Notes: generated by a model from the letters alone, not told the origin. A DNA stretch of 64,000 nucleotides from an uncultured delta proteobacterium (GCA_963760795.1 CAVXEP010000020.1:128001-192000); one strand, 5' to 3'. Numbered from the stretch's first letter, positions 12,286-23,532 are shown. Numbers and translations: made by a program.

Positions 12286-13363
12286 ATGAAACGATTACTA
12301 ACAGTTCTAACTGGTCTTGCGCTCTACTCTGGTTTGGCCTCAAGCGTCATGGCCGCGCAATGGTCGCCGCCGCTGTCCGCCGTGATCAAAGACGCCAACA
12401 AAGAAGGCAAGCTCAAACTGCTCTGGGGCGAGGGTACTCTTGGCGGCACCAAGGGCGCGGCCAAGTTCGAGCAGATGATGAATAAGATGTTCGGCACCGA
12501 CATCCGCATCAGCTTCACCCCCGGCGCCGCCATGCCCCAGGTGGGCAGCCAGATCGCCGCCGAACATGCCGCCGGCCAATCCTCCGCCTCGGACGTTTAC
12601 ATCGGCGCCGACAGTTATCTAACGCCGCTGGTCAAGCGCAAAATCTTTCACGAAGTCGAGTGGCCCAAATATCTGCCCGGCCGGATCACCAACGAGATGG
12701 TCGAAGGCGACCGCACCAGCCTGCGCGTCTACACCGGTATTCCGGGCATTCCCTACAACACCAAGCGCACGGCCAAAAACGATGTGCCGAAAACCCTCAA
12801 AGATATGCTCAAGCCGCACTGGAAAGGCAAAATCGCTTCGACGCCTTACGTGACCAGCTTGAACATACTCGCGGCGAAAGAGATGTGGGGCAAAGAAGCG
12901 GCGCTCGAATATGTCCGGCAACTGTCGAAACAAGTCACCGGACTGATTCGCTGCAACGAGATCGACCGGGTCGCCTCCGGCGAATTTCTCGCCTTCGTCA
13001 TGGATTGTTCCGGCTCGCAGACCTTTGAAGCGCAAGCCCACGGCGCGCCGGTGGAGCATGTCATCGCGGCCGACGGCGCCATGCTGCGCCATCGCATGCT
13101 GGCGATCCCGAAGAATGCCGAGCATCCCAACGCCGCCAAACTGTTCACGACCTTCATGCTGACCAGGGAAGCGCAGCAATTCCTGTGGGACAGCGATTAC
13201 TGCGGATATGTATCTGTTCCCAGAATCGCGCATCGGCCAACGGGTCCGCCAGGCGCAAAAACAAGGCGTCAAGTTTTTCGTGCCGACGTTGGAATGGGTC
13301 GCCGCCAACCCAGAGATCGATGCGATTTCCGAAGAGATGGTCAAGATCATGACGCAGAAATAA
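12286..13363 (+). CDS. Fe3+/thiamine-type ABC substrate-binding protein; frameshift near 13205
   Basis: Signal peptide; IPYNTK, PKTLKDMLKPHWKGKI and HPNAAKLF motifs. Confidence 0.82.
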
Positions 13364-13372
13364 CAACGCATT

Positions 13373-13400
13373 GTAGGGGCGATTCATGAATCGCCCCTAG
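13373..13400. repeat. GTAG-type REP palindrome
   Basis: GTAGGGGCGATTCATGAATCGCCCCTAG. Confidence 0.75.
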
Positions 13401-13470
13401 GCATGCTGGGCTCGGATAAACTCCGCGAGAGACCTCGTCTTCCGCTCGCGATGACAGTCTAGGAGATATT

Positions 13471-14552
13471 ATGAAAAGTGTACTCCGATCCGTCCTCTTC
13501 GTCCTGTCGGTCCTCGGCGCTGCCTCGAGCTACGCCGCCCAGTCGCAGTGGTCGCCAGCGATGACCACTGTCATCCAGGAAGCCAACAAAGAAGGCAAGC
13601 TCAAACTCAGCTGGGGCGAGGGCACCCTGGGCGGCACCAAGCGCATGGCGCTCTACGAACAGTTGATGAACAAGATGTTCGGCAGCAATCGTCAAAATCG
13701 GCTTCACGCCAGGACCGTCGATGCCGGCCATGGGCAGCCAGATCGCCACGGAATTGGCCGCCGGACAGACCGCCGTGTCCGATGTTTACATCGGCGCGGA
13801 AAGTTATCTCGTGCCGCTGGTCAACCGGAAAATCTTTCAGCCGGTCGAGTGGCAAAAGCTCTTGCCCGGCCGCATCACCAACGCCAATGGTTGAAGGCGA
13901 TGGCCAGAGTTTGCGCGTGTTCTCCGGCTTGCCGGGCACGCCCTATAACAAAACTCGCGTGCCGAAAAATGAAGTGCCGAAAACCCTCAAAGATTTCTTG
14001 AAACCGTTTTGGAAAGGCAAGATCGCCTCGACGCCTTACGTCACCGGCTTGAATCTGCTCGCGGCCAAAGAGCTGTGGGGCCGCGATGCCGCGCTCGATT
14101 ACGTCAAGCAGTTCTCCAAGCAGATCACCGGCTTGATCCGCTGCAACGAAATGGAGCGGGTCGTCACCGGCGAGTTTCTCGCACTGGTGATGGACTGCAA
14201 CGGCGCCCGCACCTTCGAACTCCAAGCCCAAGGCGCGCCGCTGGAACATATGATCCCTAGCGATGGCGCCATGGTGCGCCATTTCTATTTGAGCATTCCC
14301 AAGAACTCCGAGCACCCCAACGCCGCCAAGCTGTTCACCACTTTCATGCTCACCAAGGAAGCGCAGAAACTTTTGTGGGAAAGCGACTTCTCCGATCTCT
14401 ATATGTTCCCCGAGTCACAGTTGGGCCAAAAGGTCAGAGCGCTTGAGAAGCAGGGCGTCAAATTCTTCGTGCCGACCTTGGAATGGGTCGCCAACAACCC
14501 GGAGATCGAAAAAATCTCCGAAGAAATGGTCAAGATCGTCAGCCAGAAATGA
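13471..14552 (+). CDS. Second Fe3+/thiamine-type substrate-binding protein (paralog of 12286); frameshifts
   Basis: EANKEGKLKLSWGEGTLGG, WKGKIASTPYVT and HPNAAKLFTTFML shared with the upstream gene. Confidence 0.82.
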
Positions 14553-14598
14553 CCGCGTGGAGCACGCGGTCATCGTAGGGGCGATTCACGAATCGCCC
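14549..14598. repeat. Hairpin plus GTAG-type REP
   Basis: ATGACCGCGTG-GAG-CACGCGGTCAT followed by GTAGGGGCGATTCACGAATCGCCC. Confidence 0.7.
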
Positions 14599-14625
14599 TC
14601 CCCATCCCAGAAACCAACCCTGTTC

Positions 14626-16368
14626 ATGCGCGCAACACAACATATCTCAAACCCCTCAGGCCAAGCCGACCCCTGGGCCATCCTGATGGTCGCCATCGCG
14701 ACCTTCTTCAGCCTGCTGATCCTCGCGCCATTGGCGGTGGTTTTCTATCTAAGTTTCTTCGAGGGCTCGCTGCTCGATACCGTCAATCGCTTCTCCTTGA
14801 AAAACTACACGACCGTTTTCGGCGAAGCGTTTACTTACAAGGTTCTGTGGAACACCGCCGGCTTTTCGTTCGTCGCCCTGGTGGTTTCTTTTTTTTTCGG
14901 CATACCGACGGCGTGGCTGGTCGAACGCAGCGATTTCCCCGGCAAGACCGTCTTGCTGACCTTCATGACCATCGGCCTGCTCATCCCCGGCTTCGCGGTC
15001 GCCATGGGCTGGCTGTTTCTGCTCCATCCGCGCATCGGCATCGTCAATCAATTGTTACAGGATACTTTCGGTTTAATTGACGCGCCGCTCAGCATCACGA
15101 CCATCACCGGCATGGGTTGGGTGCAGGGATTAAATTTAACGCCGGTGGCGTTCATCATGACCGCCGGCGCGTTTCGCGCCATGGACCCCAAGCTCGAAGA
15201 AGCCGCCGAAGCCAGCGGCGCCAGCACCGCGCGGATGATCCTCACCGTCACCATCCCGCTCATCTGGCCCGGTATCCTGGCGGCGGCGATTTATATTTTT
15301 ACCGTCGGCCTGTCCGCCTTCGACGTGCCGGCGATCATCGGCTGGTCCAACCGGATTTTTACCTTCAGCACTTATATGTATTTGATGGTGAGCCCCCAGG
15401 AAGGGCTGCCGAAATACGGCGCCAGCGCGACGTTTAGCATCATCGGCATCATCCTGGCTGCGTTTTTGGGCTGGTGGTACTCGCGCGTGCAGCGGCAAAG
15501 CCACCAATACGAAGTCATCACCGGCAAAGCCTATCAGCCGAAGATCGTTAAACTCGGCAACCGCGCCGTGCTCGCCTGGTTGTTCATCGGGCTGTATCTG
15601 GTTTTGAGCAAGCTCATCCCGCTGTCGATGCTGCTTTGGGCATCACTGCTGCGATATTTTGAGATGCCGTCGGTGGAAGCCTTCGCCCGCACCTCGCTGC
15701 AAAACTATGTCGGCCTGCCCTGGGAACTCGTCCTGCGCGGCGCCGGCAACACATCTATCTTGATGATCCTGACGCCGACGATCACGGTGATCGTCAGCCT
15801 GATCTTCGCCTGGGTGGTGCTGCGCTCGCAGATCCGCTGCCGTTTTGTCTTCGACTTCTTCGCCTTCCTGCCCCACGCCGTGCCCAATATTATTTTCGCC
15901 ATCGGCGCGGTCCTGCTCGCGCTCTTCGTCCTGCGCGGCTTCATCCCGCTCTACGGCACGATCTGGCTGTTGCTCTTGCTCTACATCATCGTCCGGCTGA
16001 GTTACGGCACGCGCATGATGAACAGCTCGCTGATCCAAATTCATCCCGAGCTCGAAGAAGCCGCCTACGTCGCCGGCGGCAGCACCTGGAACGTCGTGCG
16101 GCGAATTTTGGTTCCGATCCTCACGCCGCCGATCCTTTACGGCTGGCTCTGGATCGCCTTACTGACCTACCGCGAACTGACTCTCGCCGTCCTGCTCTCG
16201 CGCGCCGAAAACATGACGCTGCCGGTGGTCATCTGGAGCATCTGGCTGAGCGGCGGTTTCGGCCAGGCCGCGGCATTGACGACGGTGATGCTGTGCATTC
16301 TCGTGCCGATCATCGCCCTCTACTGGTTTGTCGCCCACCGATCCGGCATCGGCCCGCGCGCCATGTGA
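14626..16368 (+). CDS. FbpB/ThiP-type fused ABC permease
   Basis: About 12 TM segments; two EAA loops (LEEAAEASGAS, LEEAAYVAGGS). Confidence 0.92.
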   Translation: MRATQHISNPSGQADPWAILMVAIATFFSLLILAPLAVVFYLSFFEGSLLDTVNRFSLKNYTTVFGEAFTYKVLWNTAGFSFVALVVSFFFGIPTAWLVERSDFPGKTVLLTFMTIGLLIPGFAVAMGWLFLLHPRIGIVNQLLQDTFGLIDAPLSITTITGMGWVQGLNLTPVAFIMTAGAFRAMDPKLEEAAEASGASTARMILTVTIPLIWPGILAAAIYIFTVGLSAFDVPAIIGWSNRIFTFSTYMYLMVSPQEGLPKYGASATFSIIGIILAAFLGWWYSRVQRQSHQYEVITGKAYQPKIVKLGNRAVLAWLFIGLYLVLSKLIPLSMLLWASLLRYFEMPSVEAFARTSLQNYVGLPWELVLRGAGNTSILMILTPTITVIVSLIFAWVVLRSQIRCRFVFDFFAFLPHAVPNIIFAIGAVLLALFVLRGFIPLYGTIWLLLLLYIIVRLSYGTRMMNSSLIQIHPELEEAAYVAGGSTWNVVRRILVPILTPPILYGWLWIALLTYRELTLAVLLSRAENMTLPVVIWSIWLSGGFGQAAALTTVMLCILVPIIALYWFVAHRSGIGPRAM

Positions 16369-16393
16369 TTTGCTTTTCGCCGCCGCTCGCCGT

Positions 16394-17395
16394 ATGAAAA
16401 CCATCATGCCAATGCCAATACCATTCATGAAGCTAGCCATCATTCTTTGCGTGACATTACTTCTAGCCGATCACGGCGCCAGCCAAGAGCGGCGCAGCAA
16501 ATTGCGCATCACCAACGCCGGCTTCACGATCACGGCGCTGCCGTTGTTGGCGGCCCAAGAGTGGAAAATCTTCAACGCCAACAACTTGGACATGGAAGTC
16601 ATCCTGATGCAGTCGGCGCTGGTGCCGCCGGCGCTCACCCAGGGCGACATCGACTATCAAGCCGGCGTCGGACCCGCCTCGGTCAATGCCACCATGAGCG
16701 GTTTCGCCACCCGCGCCATCTGGTTTTCCTCCGACCGCATCTCCTATTGGCTGATGGCCAAACCGCAGTTCAAAACCATTGAAAGTCTGAAAGGCAAGAA
16801 AGTCGCCGTCACCGGTCTCGGCGGCACCGTGCATGTCGCCTTCAACATGGCAGTGGAAAAAGTCGGCGCCAATCCTAGAGACTTTGTCTTAGTCTCCATC
16901 GGCGGCCAACAGATTCAACAACTGATTTCTCTGGAAGCCGGCTATGTCGATGCCGCGGTGCTGTCGCCGCCGGTAACTTTGGGCGCGCAGAAAAAAGGCT
17001 TCAACAAAGTTTTGGACGTCGGCGCCATGGTCGAGATGCCCGGCGGCGGTCTCACCACCTTGGCCAAGACCATTCAAGACCGGCCGGTGGACACCAAACG
17101 GGTGATTCGCTCGCTGCAAATGGCCAAGGAAGAGATTCGCAAGTCAAAGCCAAAAAGCTTGGACTTGATCGTCAAGCTATTGCGCATGGACCGGGAAGCC
17201 GCCAGCGAAACCTACGATCACTTCCTCACCACGCTCAGTCCGACCGGCGTTCCCACACGCGTCGGCATGGATATCTTGGTCAAGTCGGTACAGTCCCAAG
17301 GCCGCCACGTCGACCGCAAAGTGGCGTTCACCGACATCGCCGACGACCGCCTCGCCACCGAAGTCGCCAAAGAGATGGGCTACAAAATTCCGTGA
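16394..17395 (+). CDS. ABC substrate-binding protein, NMT1/SsuA family
   Basis: Signal peptide; GDIDY, LKGKKVAVTG; C-terminal ADDRLATEVAKEMGYK. Confidence 0.85.
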   Translation: MKTIMPMPIPFMKLAIILCVTLLLADHGASQERRSKLRITNAGFTITALPLLAAQEWKIFNANNLDMEVILMQSALVPPALTQGDIDYQAGVGPASVNATMSGFATRAIWFSSDRISYWLMAKPQFKTIESLKGKKVAVTGLGGTVHVAFNMAVEKVGANPRDFVLVSIGGQQIQQLISLEAGYVDAAVLSPPVTLGAQKKGFNKVLDVGAMVEMPGGGLTTLAKTIQDRPVDTKRVIRSLQMAKEEIRKSKPKSLDLIVKLLRMDREAASETYDHFLTTLSPTGVPTRVGMDILVKSVQSQGRHVDRKVAFTDIADDRLATEVAKEMGYKIP

Positions 17396-17427
17396 GCGGC
17401 CGCCAGCGCACCGATGTGGAATCTTAA

Positions 17428-17460
17428 CCCTCGCCCTCAGGGAGAGGGAGAGGGTGAGGG
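17428..17460. repeat. CCCTC/GAGGG palindromic repeat
   Basis: CCCTCGCCCTCAGGGAGAGGGAGAGGGTGAGGG. Confidence 0.55.
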
Positions 17461-17483
17461 CAAAAGCAATCGAGGCAGACTCC

Positions 17484-18480
17484 GTGCACAAAAAAATCAC
17501 TAGACTAGCTCTATGCGCTCTGCTCTTGGCTCTTCCCTTTCCAGCTCGGGCGCAGCAGCCGAAGAAAGTCCCGCGGATAGGGTATCTATCGCCGAGCGAT
17601 CCAGCTAGTGAGTCCACCCGTTCCGAGGCAATTCGGCTGGCTCTGCGCGAGCGTGGCTACATAGAAGGACAGAACATCGCCATCGAGTACCGATATGCGG
17701 AGGGGAAGCGCGATCGGTTCCCTGAGCTTGCGGCCGAGCTGGTGCGTCTCAAGGTTGATATCATCGTGGTAGCAGGAGGGGTCACGCCGGTCCGGGCGGC
17801 CAAGAATGCGACCAAGACGATTCCCATCGTTATGATGGGCCATGGGGCCGATCCTGTCGAGGCAGGCCTGGTTGAAAGCCTTGCCCGTCCCGGCGGCAAC
17901 GTCACCGGCCTTACAAACCTTTCCAGAGAACTAGGCGGGAAGCGGCTGGAGCTGCTCAAAGAAGCCGTTCCCAAACTTGCCCGTGTCGCGGTTCTCTACG
18001 ATCCGGCCGTTCCGTCCAGTGTACTCGAGGTGAAAGAGGTTCTCCCAGTCGCGGCGCGCGCGCTGCGGTTGACTCTTCAGCCTTGGGAGGTACGAGCATG
18101 CGGACGGTTTCGAGAAGGTATTCGCTGCGCTGAGCAAGCAGCGCCCGGATGGACTCTACGTGCCCGGCGGGCCCGCTAATGCGTGCTAACCAAAAACGGA
18201 TCGCGGGCTTTGCGTTAAAGAGCCGGTTACCGTCGATGTACGAGCAGCAGAGAAGCTGTAGATGCCGGTGGGCTCATGTACTACGGGGCGGACGCAAGCG
18301 GAGAGCTACCGGCGCGTCGCATATTACGTGGACAGAATCCTGAAGGGCGCCAAGCCCGCCGATCTGCCGGTGGAGCAGCCGACGAAGTTCGAGTTTGTGA
18401 TCAATCTCAAGACGGCGAAACAGATCGGCGTGACGATTCCGCCGGAGGTGCTGGCGCGCGCGAACAAGTTGATTCGATAA
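17484..18480 (+). CDS. ABC transporter substrate-binding protein (ABC_sub_bind / tryptophan-tyrosine type); frameshifts at 18095-18295
   Basis: VPRIGYL, GYIEGQNIAIEYR, SLARPGGNVTG, KPADLPVEQPTKFEFVINLKTAKQIG. Confidence 0.88.
18412..18480 (+). repeat. Direct repeat copy 1 (3' end of SBP gene)
   Basis: 18421-18473 is identical to 19312-19364; similarity extends over 69 bp. Confidence 0.9.
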
Positions 18481-18534
18481 CGCGTAAGGGGTGAAGGGTA
18501 AGGCGTCAGGCGTTGGGGGAAATGTAAATTAGAG

Positions 18535-18960
18535 CTATGAGCGCTCTTGATGCAAAACGGTCACGTGTCTTTTGAAACGATACTGGCGGAAGTGGCCGTC
18601 AAAAGCGAAAGCATGATCGAGCCGGTGATGATCGATCGACGCGAAGCTGGTGCAATCGACAAAGCTAAACTCTTTGTCGTCGTAGCGTGTGAAAATCGCT
18701 TTTGCCATGTGCTCGATGGCCTCGGTCACACGGAGGACTTTGATGCCCGTCTGATCGAACCGTTTCATGAATTCGACCGCGGCATTGTGGCCGACTTTGA
18801 AGCGGATCAGCGTATAGGTTTCAGCGAGTACGAAATTCGATGTTAGGAGCTGAGCGTGGGCTCCGAGCAGTTGAGTGTGGACCGATTTGGCGACGGAATG
18901 ATAATCGTCGTCTTCGTCAGCGAGAGCAAGAAACGCTCCGGTATCGAAAAAGACTTTCAA
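18535..18960 (-). CDS. vapC: PIN-domain VapC toxin
   Basis: VFFDTGAF, VLAETYT, SFVDCTSF and AFAFDGHF acidic PIN motifs. Confidence 0.88.
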   Translation of the reverse strand: MKVFFDTGAFLALADEDDDYHSVAKSVHTQLLGAHAQLLTSNFVLAETYTLIRFKVGHNAAVEFMKRFDQTGIKVLRVTEAIEHMAKAIFTRYDDKEFSFVDCTSFASIDHHRLDHAFAFDGHFRQYRFKRHVTVLHQERS

Positions 18961-19232
18961 GGATTAGACTTTTGCCGATAGAGATAGCGGTCATGATTTA
19001 TCGCGAGGTCATGAGTACCGCTTTTAAACAGCCCGACAATGTCGCTGTGCAAGATGCGAGTCGACATCGGTTTGACTAGGGATGCGCCGACGCTTGGGCG
19101 TCGACTTAGCGAACTCGCTTTAACGATGTCTCGATCACGGTCAGCTTAACTCGTTGTTTGTTTTTGAGACGGACTTTTTCGAGCGGCTTGGAAAACTCCG
19201 TTCTCATACATCGCGTTAATGGCTCTTGCCAT
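18957..19232 (-). CDS. Antitoxin, AF2212/DUF104-like; frameshifted
   Basis: MARAINAMYENGVF/KPLEKVRLKNKQRVKLTV N-terminus; IVGLFKSGTHDLAINHDRYLY C-terminus; stop overlaps vapC TTG start. Confidence 0.7.
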
Positions 19233-19302
19233 GAGTGACCTCGTTGGACGCTAGAGAATTGCATGAATCAAAGTCTATAGGCCGTTCCCGGATCTGTCAA
19301 AT

Positions 19303-19371
19303 ACAGCGAAGCAGATCGGCGTGACGATTCCGCCGGAGGTGCTGGCGCGCGCGAACAAGTTGATCAGATAA
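19303..19371 (+). repeat. Direct repeat copy 2 (orphan SBP 3' end, TAKQIGVTIPPEVLARANKLIR*)
   Basis: Duplicate of 18412-18480. Confidence 0.9.
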
Positions 19372-19406
19372 CAGAGATCAGAAGTCAGATCAGATAGAGG
19401 ACCGTC

Positions 19407-20409
19407 ATGAATCGATTATCCACCGCGAAAATTAGTCTGGCAAATTTTCTTCGCACTGTTCCTAATTATTCTCAACGCTCTCCCGGCGGCGAGCCAGGAC
19501 AAGCGCACCAAGGTACGAATCTCCAACGCCGGTCTGACCATCACCGCGCTGCCGCTATTGGCAGCGCGCGATTGGGGCACATTCAACGCCAATGGTCTCG
19601 ATGTTGAAATCATCGTCATGAGCCCACCCATCGGCGCCGCGGCGATGGCTCAGGGTGATATCGATTACGTCGCCGGCGTCGGGCCGGCATCGGTGGCCGC
19701 GACCCTCACCGGTTTGCCGTCGCGAGCGATTTGGTTTTCTTCGGATCGGATCTCCTACTGGATCCAGGCCGCGCCGCAGTACAAGACGCTGCAAGATCTC
19801 AAAGGCAAAAAGATCGCCCTCTCCGGCGGTGTCGGCGGCACCAACCATGTAGCGCTGACGATTGCGATGGAGAGATCCGGCTTCAACCCAAAAGACTATA
19901 CAATGGTCGCCATCCCCGGCCAGCAACTGCAGATTCTCTACTCCCTCGAATCCGGCTTCGTCGACGCCGCGCTGATGTCGCCGCCGCATATTTTCGCCGC
20001 GGCGAAAAAAGGCTTTAACAAGCTCATGGATGTCGGCGCCATGGTCGAGATGCCGGGCGGCGGATTGACGGCGATGGTGAAAACCATACAAGAGCGTCCC
20101 GCCGAAACACGACGCGTCATCCGCGCGCTGCAAGTCGCCAAAGATGAAGTGCGCAAGTCCAAACCCAAGACCGTCGAATTGATCATGCGGCTGTTGAAGA
20201 TGGACAGTCAGGGCGCGGCCGACACCTACGATGCGTTCCAGACGACACTTAACCCGAGCGGTATCCCCAATCGCCCCGGCATCGACAACCTGGTGCGCTC
20301 GCTCCAAGCCCAGGGCCGCTTCACCGACCGCAAAGTAAACTTCGCCGAAGTCGCCGACGACCGCTTGGCGACCGAAGTGGCTAAAGAATTGGGTTACAAA
20401 CTGCCGTAA
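19407..20409 (+). CDS. ABC substrate-binding protein, NMT1/SsuA family; frameshift in the signal region
   Basis: Close paralog of 16394-17395 (RAIWFSSDRISYW, DVGAMVEMPGGGLT). Confidence 0.85.
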
Positions 20410-20446
20410 TGGTGAAATTCTGTTTCTGATATGAAGCAAAGAATCT

Positions 20447-20517
20447 CACCACGAAGTTCACGAAGGACACGAAGGTTCCAGATAGTTTTTTCTCCGAACT
20501 TCGTGCCCTTCGTGGTG
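20447..20517. repeat. CACCACGAAG...CTTCGTGGTG palindromic repeat with 9-nt periodicity
   Basis: CACCACGAAGTTCACGAAGGACACGAAG ... CTTCGTGCCCTTCGTGGTG. Confidence 0.8.
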
Positions 20518-20547
20518 TAAAAAACTGTCTGCAAATAAGAGAGTGCC

Positions 20548-21941
20548 ATGGAAACAATTCAAACTGATATTCTTATCGTCGGCGCCGGCTTGGCAGGCTT
20601 CACCGCCGCGGTGCGCGCAGCGGAGCAAGGCGCCAAGGTTTTGCTCGTCGACAAAAGCCACGGCGAGCTGGGCGACGGCAACGTCTTGATGGCGTCGGGC
20701 AGTCTGCGCGCCGGCGGCAAGAGTCCAAAAACCGGCGCTCAAGAGCTCTACGACTTCGTCATGGCCGAAGGCGTCGGTTATCCCGACCTGGTAAACTCCT
20801 GGTCGCAGACCTGCGGCCGGGCCATCGACTGGTTACAGACCGTCGGTGTCGCCATCGAAGAAACCGCGCCGGGAAGAATCTGGCTCAACCAGAAGAGCGA
20901 AATCTCCTTTGGACCTGTCTACAAAAAAGATGTCGGCCCGCGCGCCATCGCGAGTCTCAAGCAGCGATTTCTCAGTCTCGGCGGCAGTTATCTCAACGGC
21001 ATCGAAGGCGTCAGCCTGATCGTTGAAAATAACCGAGTCGTCGGCCTGATCGGCAAACGCGACGGCGAGTCCGTCGAACTCCGCGCCCGCGCGACAATTC
21101 TTTCCACCGGCGGCTTCGCCGCCAACAAAGAACTCGTCAAGCAATACATCGGCGCCCACGCCGACCGCTGCAAATTGCGCGGCTCCAAGCAGGACACCGG
21201 CGATGGTCTGCGCATGGCGCTGGAAGTCGGCGCCAAGGCGGTCAACCTGAAATATTTCTACGGCCACCTGATCGCGCGCAAAGCGCTCACCGACGACCGC
21301 TTCTGGCCCTATCCGCGTTTGGACTCTTTCGTCGATGAAGGAGTTTTAGTCGATGGCAACGGCAACCGCTTTGTCGACGAAGGCCGCGGCGATGTCGCCG
21401 TCGCCAACGAGCTTTCCCGCACCGACGATCCCACCGGCGCGACTTTGATCTTCGACGGCGAATCATGGGCAGCGTCGAAGAGTTCGCCGTCTTCGACATC
21501 ATTGGCAATCCCCGCGCCCAATCCCTGGATCCTCGACAATGGCGGCGAGTTATTTTGCGACGACACGGTTGCAGGCTTAGCGAAAAAACTCGGCGTCGAT
21601 GCCGCCAACTTGAGTCAAACCATCGAGGCGTACAATCGCGCCGTCAGCGCGACCGACGCTCAAATACATTGCCGGTGGCGCGCACGGGCAAACCGAAAGT
21701 GCTGCGCGCGCCCTTCTACGGCCTGCGGGTGGTCTCCGGCATCACTTTCACCATGGGCGGGATTGCCATCGACGGCAAAGGCCAAGCGCTCAATCAAAGC
21801 GACCAACCGATCGCCGGCCTCTTCGCCGCCGGCGACGCCATCGGCGGACTCATGGGCGGTTACCGCGGCGGCTACACCGGCGGTCTGATGCAAGCGATCG
21901 TGACTGGAATATTGGCCGGCGAAAACGCCGGTAGTCGTTAG
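20548..21941 (+). CDS. FAD-dependent oxidoreductase, FAD_binding_2 (flavocytochrome c/TcuA-like); frameshift near 21660
   Basis: IVGAGLAG, STGGFAAN, DTGDGL, GNRFVDE, ITFTMGG and GLFAAG motifs. Confidence 0.85.
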
Positions 21942-21975
21942 TGAATGTGTCACAATTCGAGGAAACCCCATTGCA

Positions 21976-22058
21976 GTCATGCTGAGCATGAAGCGAAGCA
22001 TCTCGTCTTAATCAGCCACTTACAGTGACGAGATTCCTCGGCTTCACCTCGGAATGAC
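21976..22058. repeat. GTCAT...ATGAC REP-like doublet
   Basis: GTCATGCTGAGCATGAAGCGAAGCATCTC ... GAGATTCCTCGGCTTCACCTCGGAATGAC. Confidence 0.65.
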
Positions 22059-22095
22059 CAATTAAGACGCAGTCTCCTAGGGAAAAAATAGAGAC

Positions 22096-23088
22096 ATGAT
22101 GCTCCAAGCGCTCGGCAGAATCTTCCTTGTGCTGCTTCTTTGCGCCAAGCTCGGATTGGCGTCGAACCGATCCATGCCCAGGATTCCAGAACCAAAATCC
22201 GAATTTCCAACTCGGCATTGAGCGTCACTTCGCTCGCTCTGCTCGCCGCGCGGGATTGGAAACTATTTCAGGAACGCGGCCTCGATGTGGAAATCATTCT
22301 CATGTCGCCGGCGCTGACCGTGCCGGCGATGATCTCCGGCGACATCGATTACTTCGCCGGTGTCGGTCCCGGCGTGGTCAGCGCCAGTCTCGGCGGCTTG
22401 CCGTTTCGCGCCGTCTGGGTCTCCTCCGACCGAGTTTCCTACTCGCTGGTGGCCCATGCGAAATTCAAGACGCTGCAAGAGTTAAGAGGCAAAAAGATCG
22501 GCGTCACCGGCAGCCTCGGCGCGACCAATCACGTCTCGCTGGTTATCGCACTTGGAGAAACTCGGCATCTCACCGAAGGAATTTAACATCTTAGCGCTGC
22601 CGCCGCAGGAGATGCTGCGCTCCCTCGAAAGTGGCTTTCTCGACGCCGCGTCGCTCAATCCGCCGACGTTGTTCATGGCACAGAAGAAAGGCTTTGCAAA
22701 TATTCTCGACATCGGCGCGCTGGTCGAGATGCCCGGCGGAGGACTCACCGTCCTGGCCAAAGACATCAAAGCCAAACCCGATGAAGTAAAGCGGGTGATT
22801 CGCGCCATGCAGGGGGCGAAAGAGATCATGCGCAAGTCGAAAGAGAAAAGCGTCGAGCTAATGACGCGGATTTTAAAAATGGATCAGGAAACCGCGGTGA
22901 GTACCTATGAAGTTTTTTTGAAAACCCTCAGCCCCGACGGCATCCCGTCCCGCGCCGGCATGGAGAATCTCGTCAAGTCGATCCAAGCTCAAGGCCGCTT
23001 CGTCGATAAGAAACCGGCGTTTAGTGATCTAGCCGACGATCGTCTGGCGCGGGAAGTGGCTAAAGAATTAGGTTACAAGGTTCAATAG
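22096..23088 (+). CDS. ABC substrate-binding protein, NMT1/SsuA family; frameshifts
   Basis: Third paralog of 16394 and 19407 (KIRISN, GDIDY, EMPGGGLT, ADDRLAREVAKELGYK). Confidence 0.82.
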
Positions 23089-23136
23089 GCGAGCGACAAA
23101 CGTTTCGTTCCGGGTTCACTGAAAAGGCACAAAAAG

Positions 23137-23169
23137 TTAGGCCGCCGGATTGGAATTCCGGCGGCCTAA
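23137..23169. terminator. Hairpin between convergent genes
   Basis: TTAGGCCGCCGGA-TTGGAAT-TCCGGCGGCCTAA. Confidence 0.7.
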
Positions 23170-23208
23170 TCGTGTTGTTAGTTAGCGGCGATCGTGGTCG
23201 TCATGCTC

Positions 23209-23532
23209 TCAGTCGCGACGATCCCAGCCACGATTGGAATTCCAGGAGTATCGGTTATCACGCTCGATCTCATCCAAAATCGCCTGAATCTCCGCGCGAT
23301 CCTGAGCTATGCGATATCGGCTAGCGTTCTGGCGCAGGTCATAGGCGAGCCTCGCCCTGGCTGCTTCCAATCGGGCGTAGTCGGCGCGCAACTCGCTGCG
23401 GTCCGATCGGCCGAAATAAGGGCGCTCCCGGCCATAACTGTGCCAAGGACTATCAGATACCGCACACCCGGATGAGGCCATCAACGCTCCTGCCATTAGG
23501 CCACCCATTACCAGGGTTTTTATACGGCTCAT
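23209..23532 (-). CDS. Hypothetical Arg/Asp-rich lipoprotein
   Basis: Signal peptide ending ASSG-C; AGGAG RBS; helical charged body. Confidence 0.65.
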   Translation of the reverse strand: MSRIKTLVMGGLMAGALMASSGCAVSDSPWHSYGRERPYFGRSDRSELRADYARLEAARARLAYDLRQNASRYRIAQDRAEIQAILDEIERDNRYSWNSNRGWDRRD

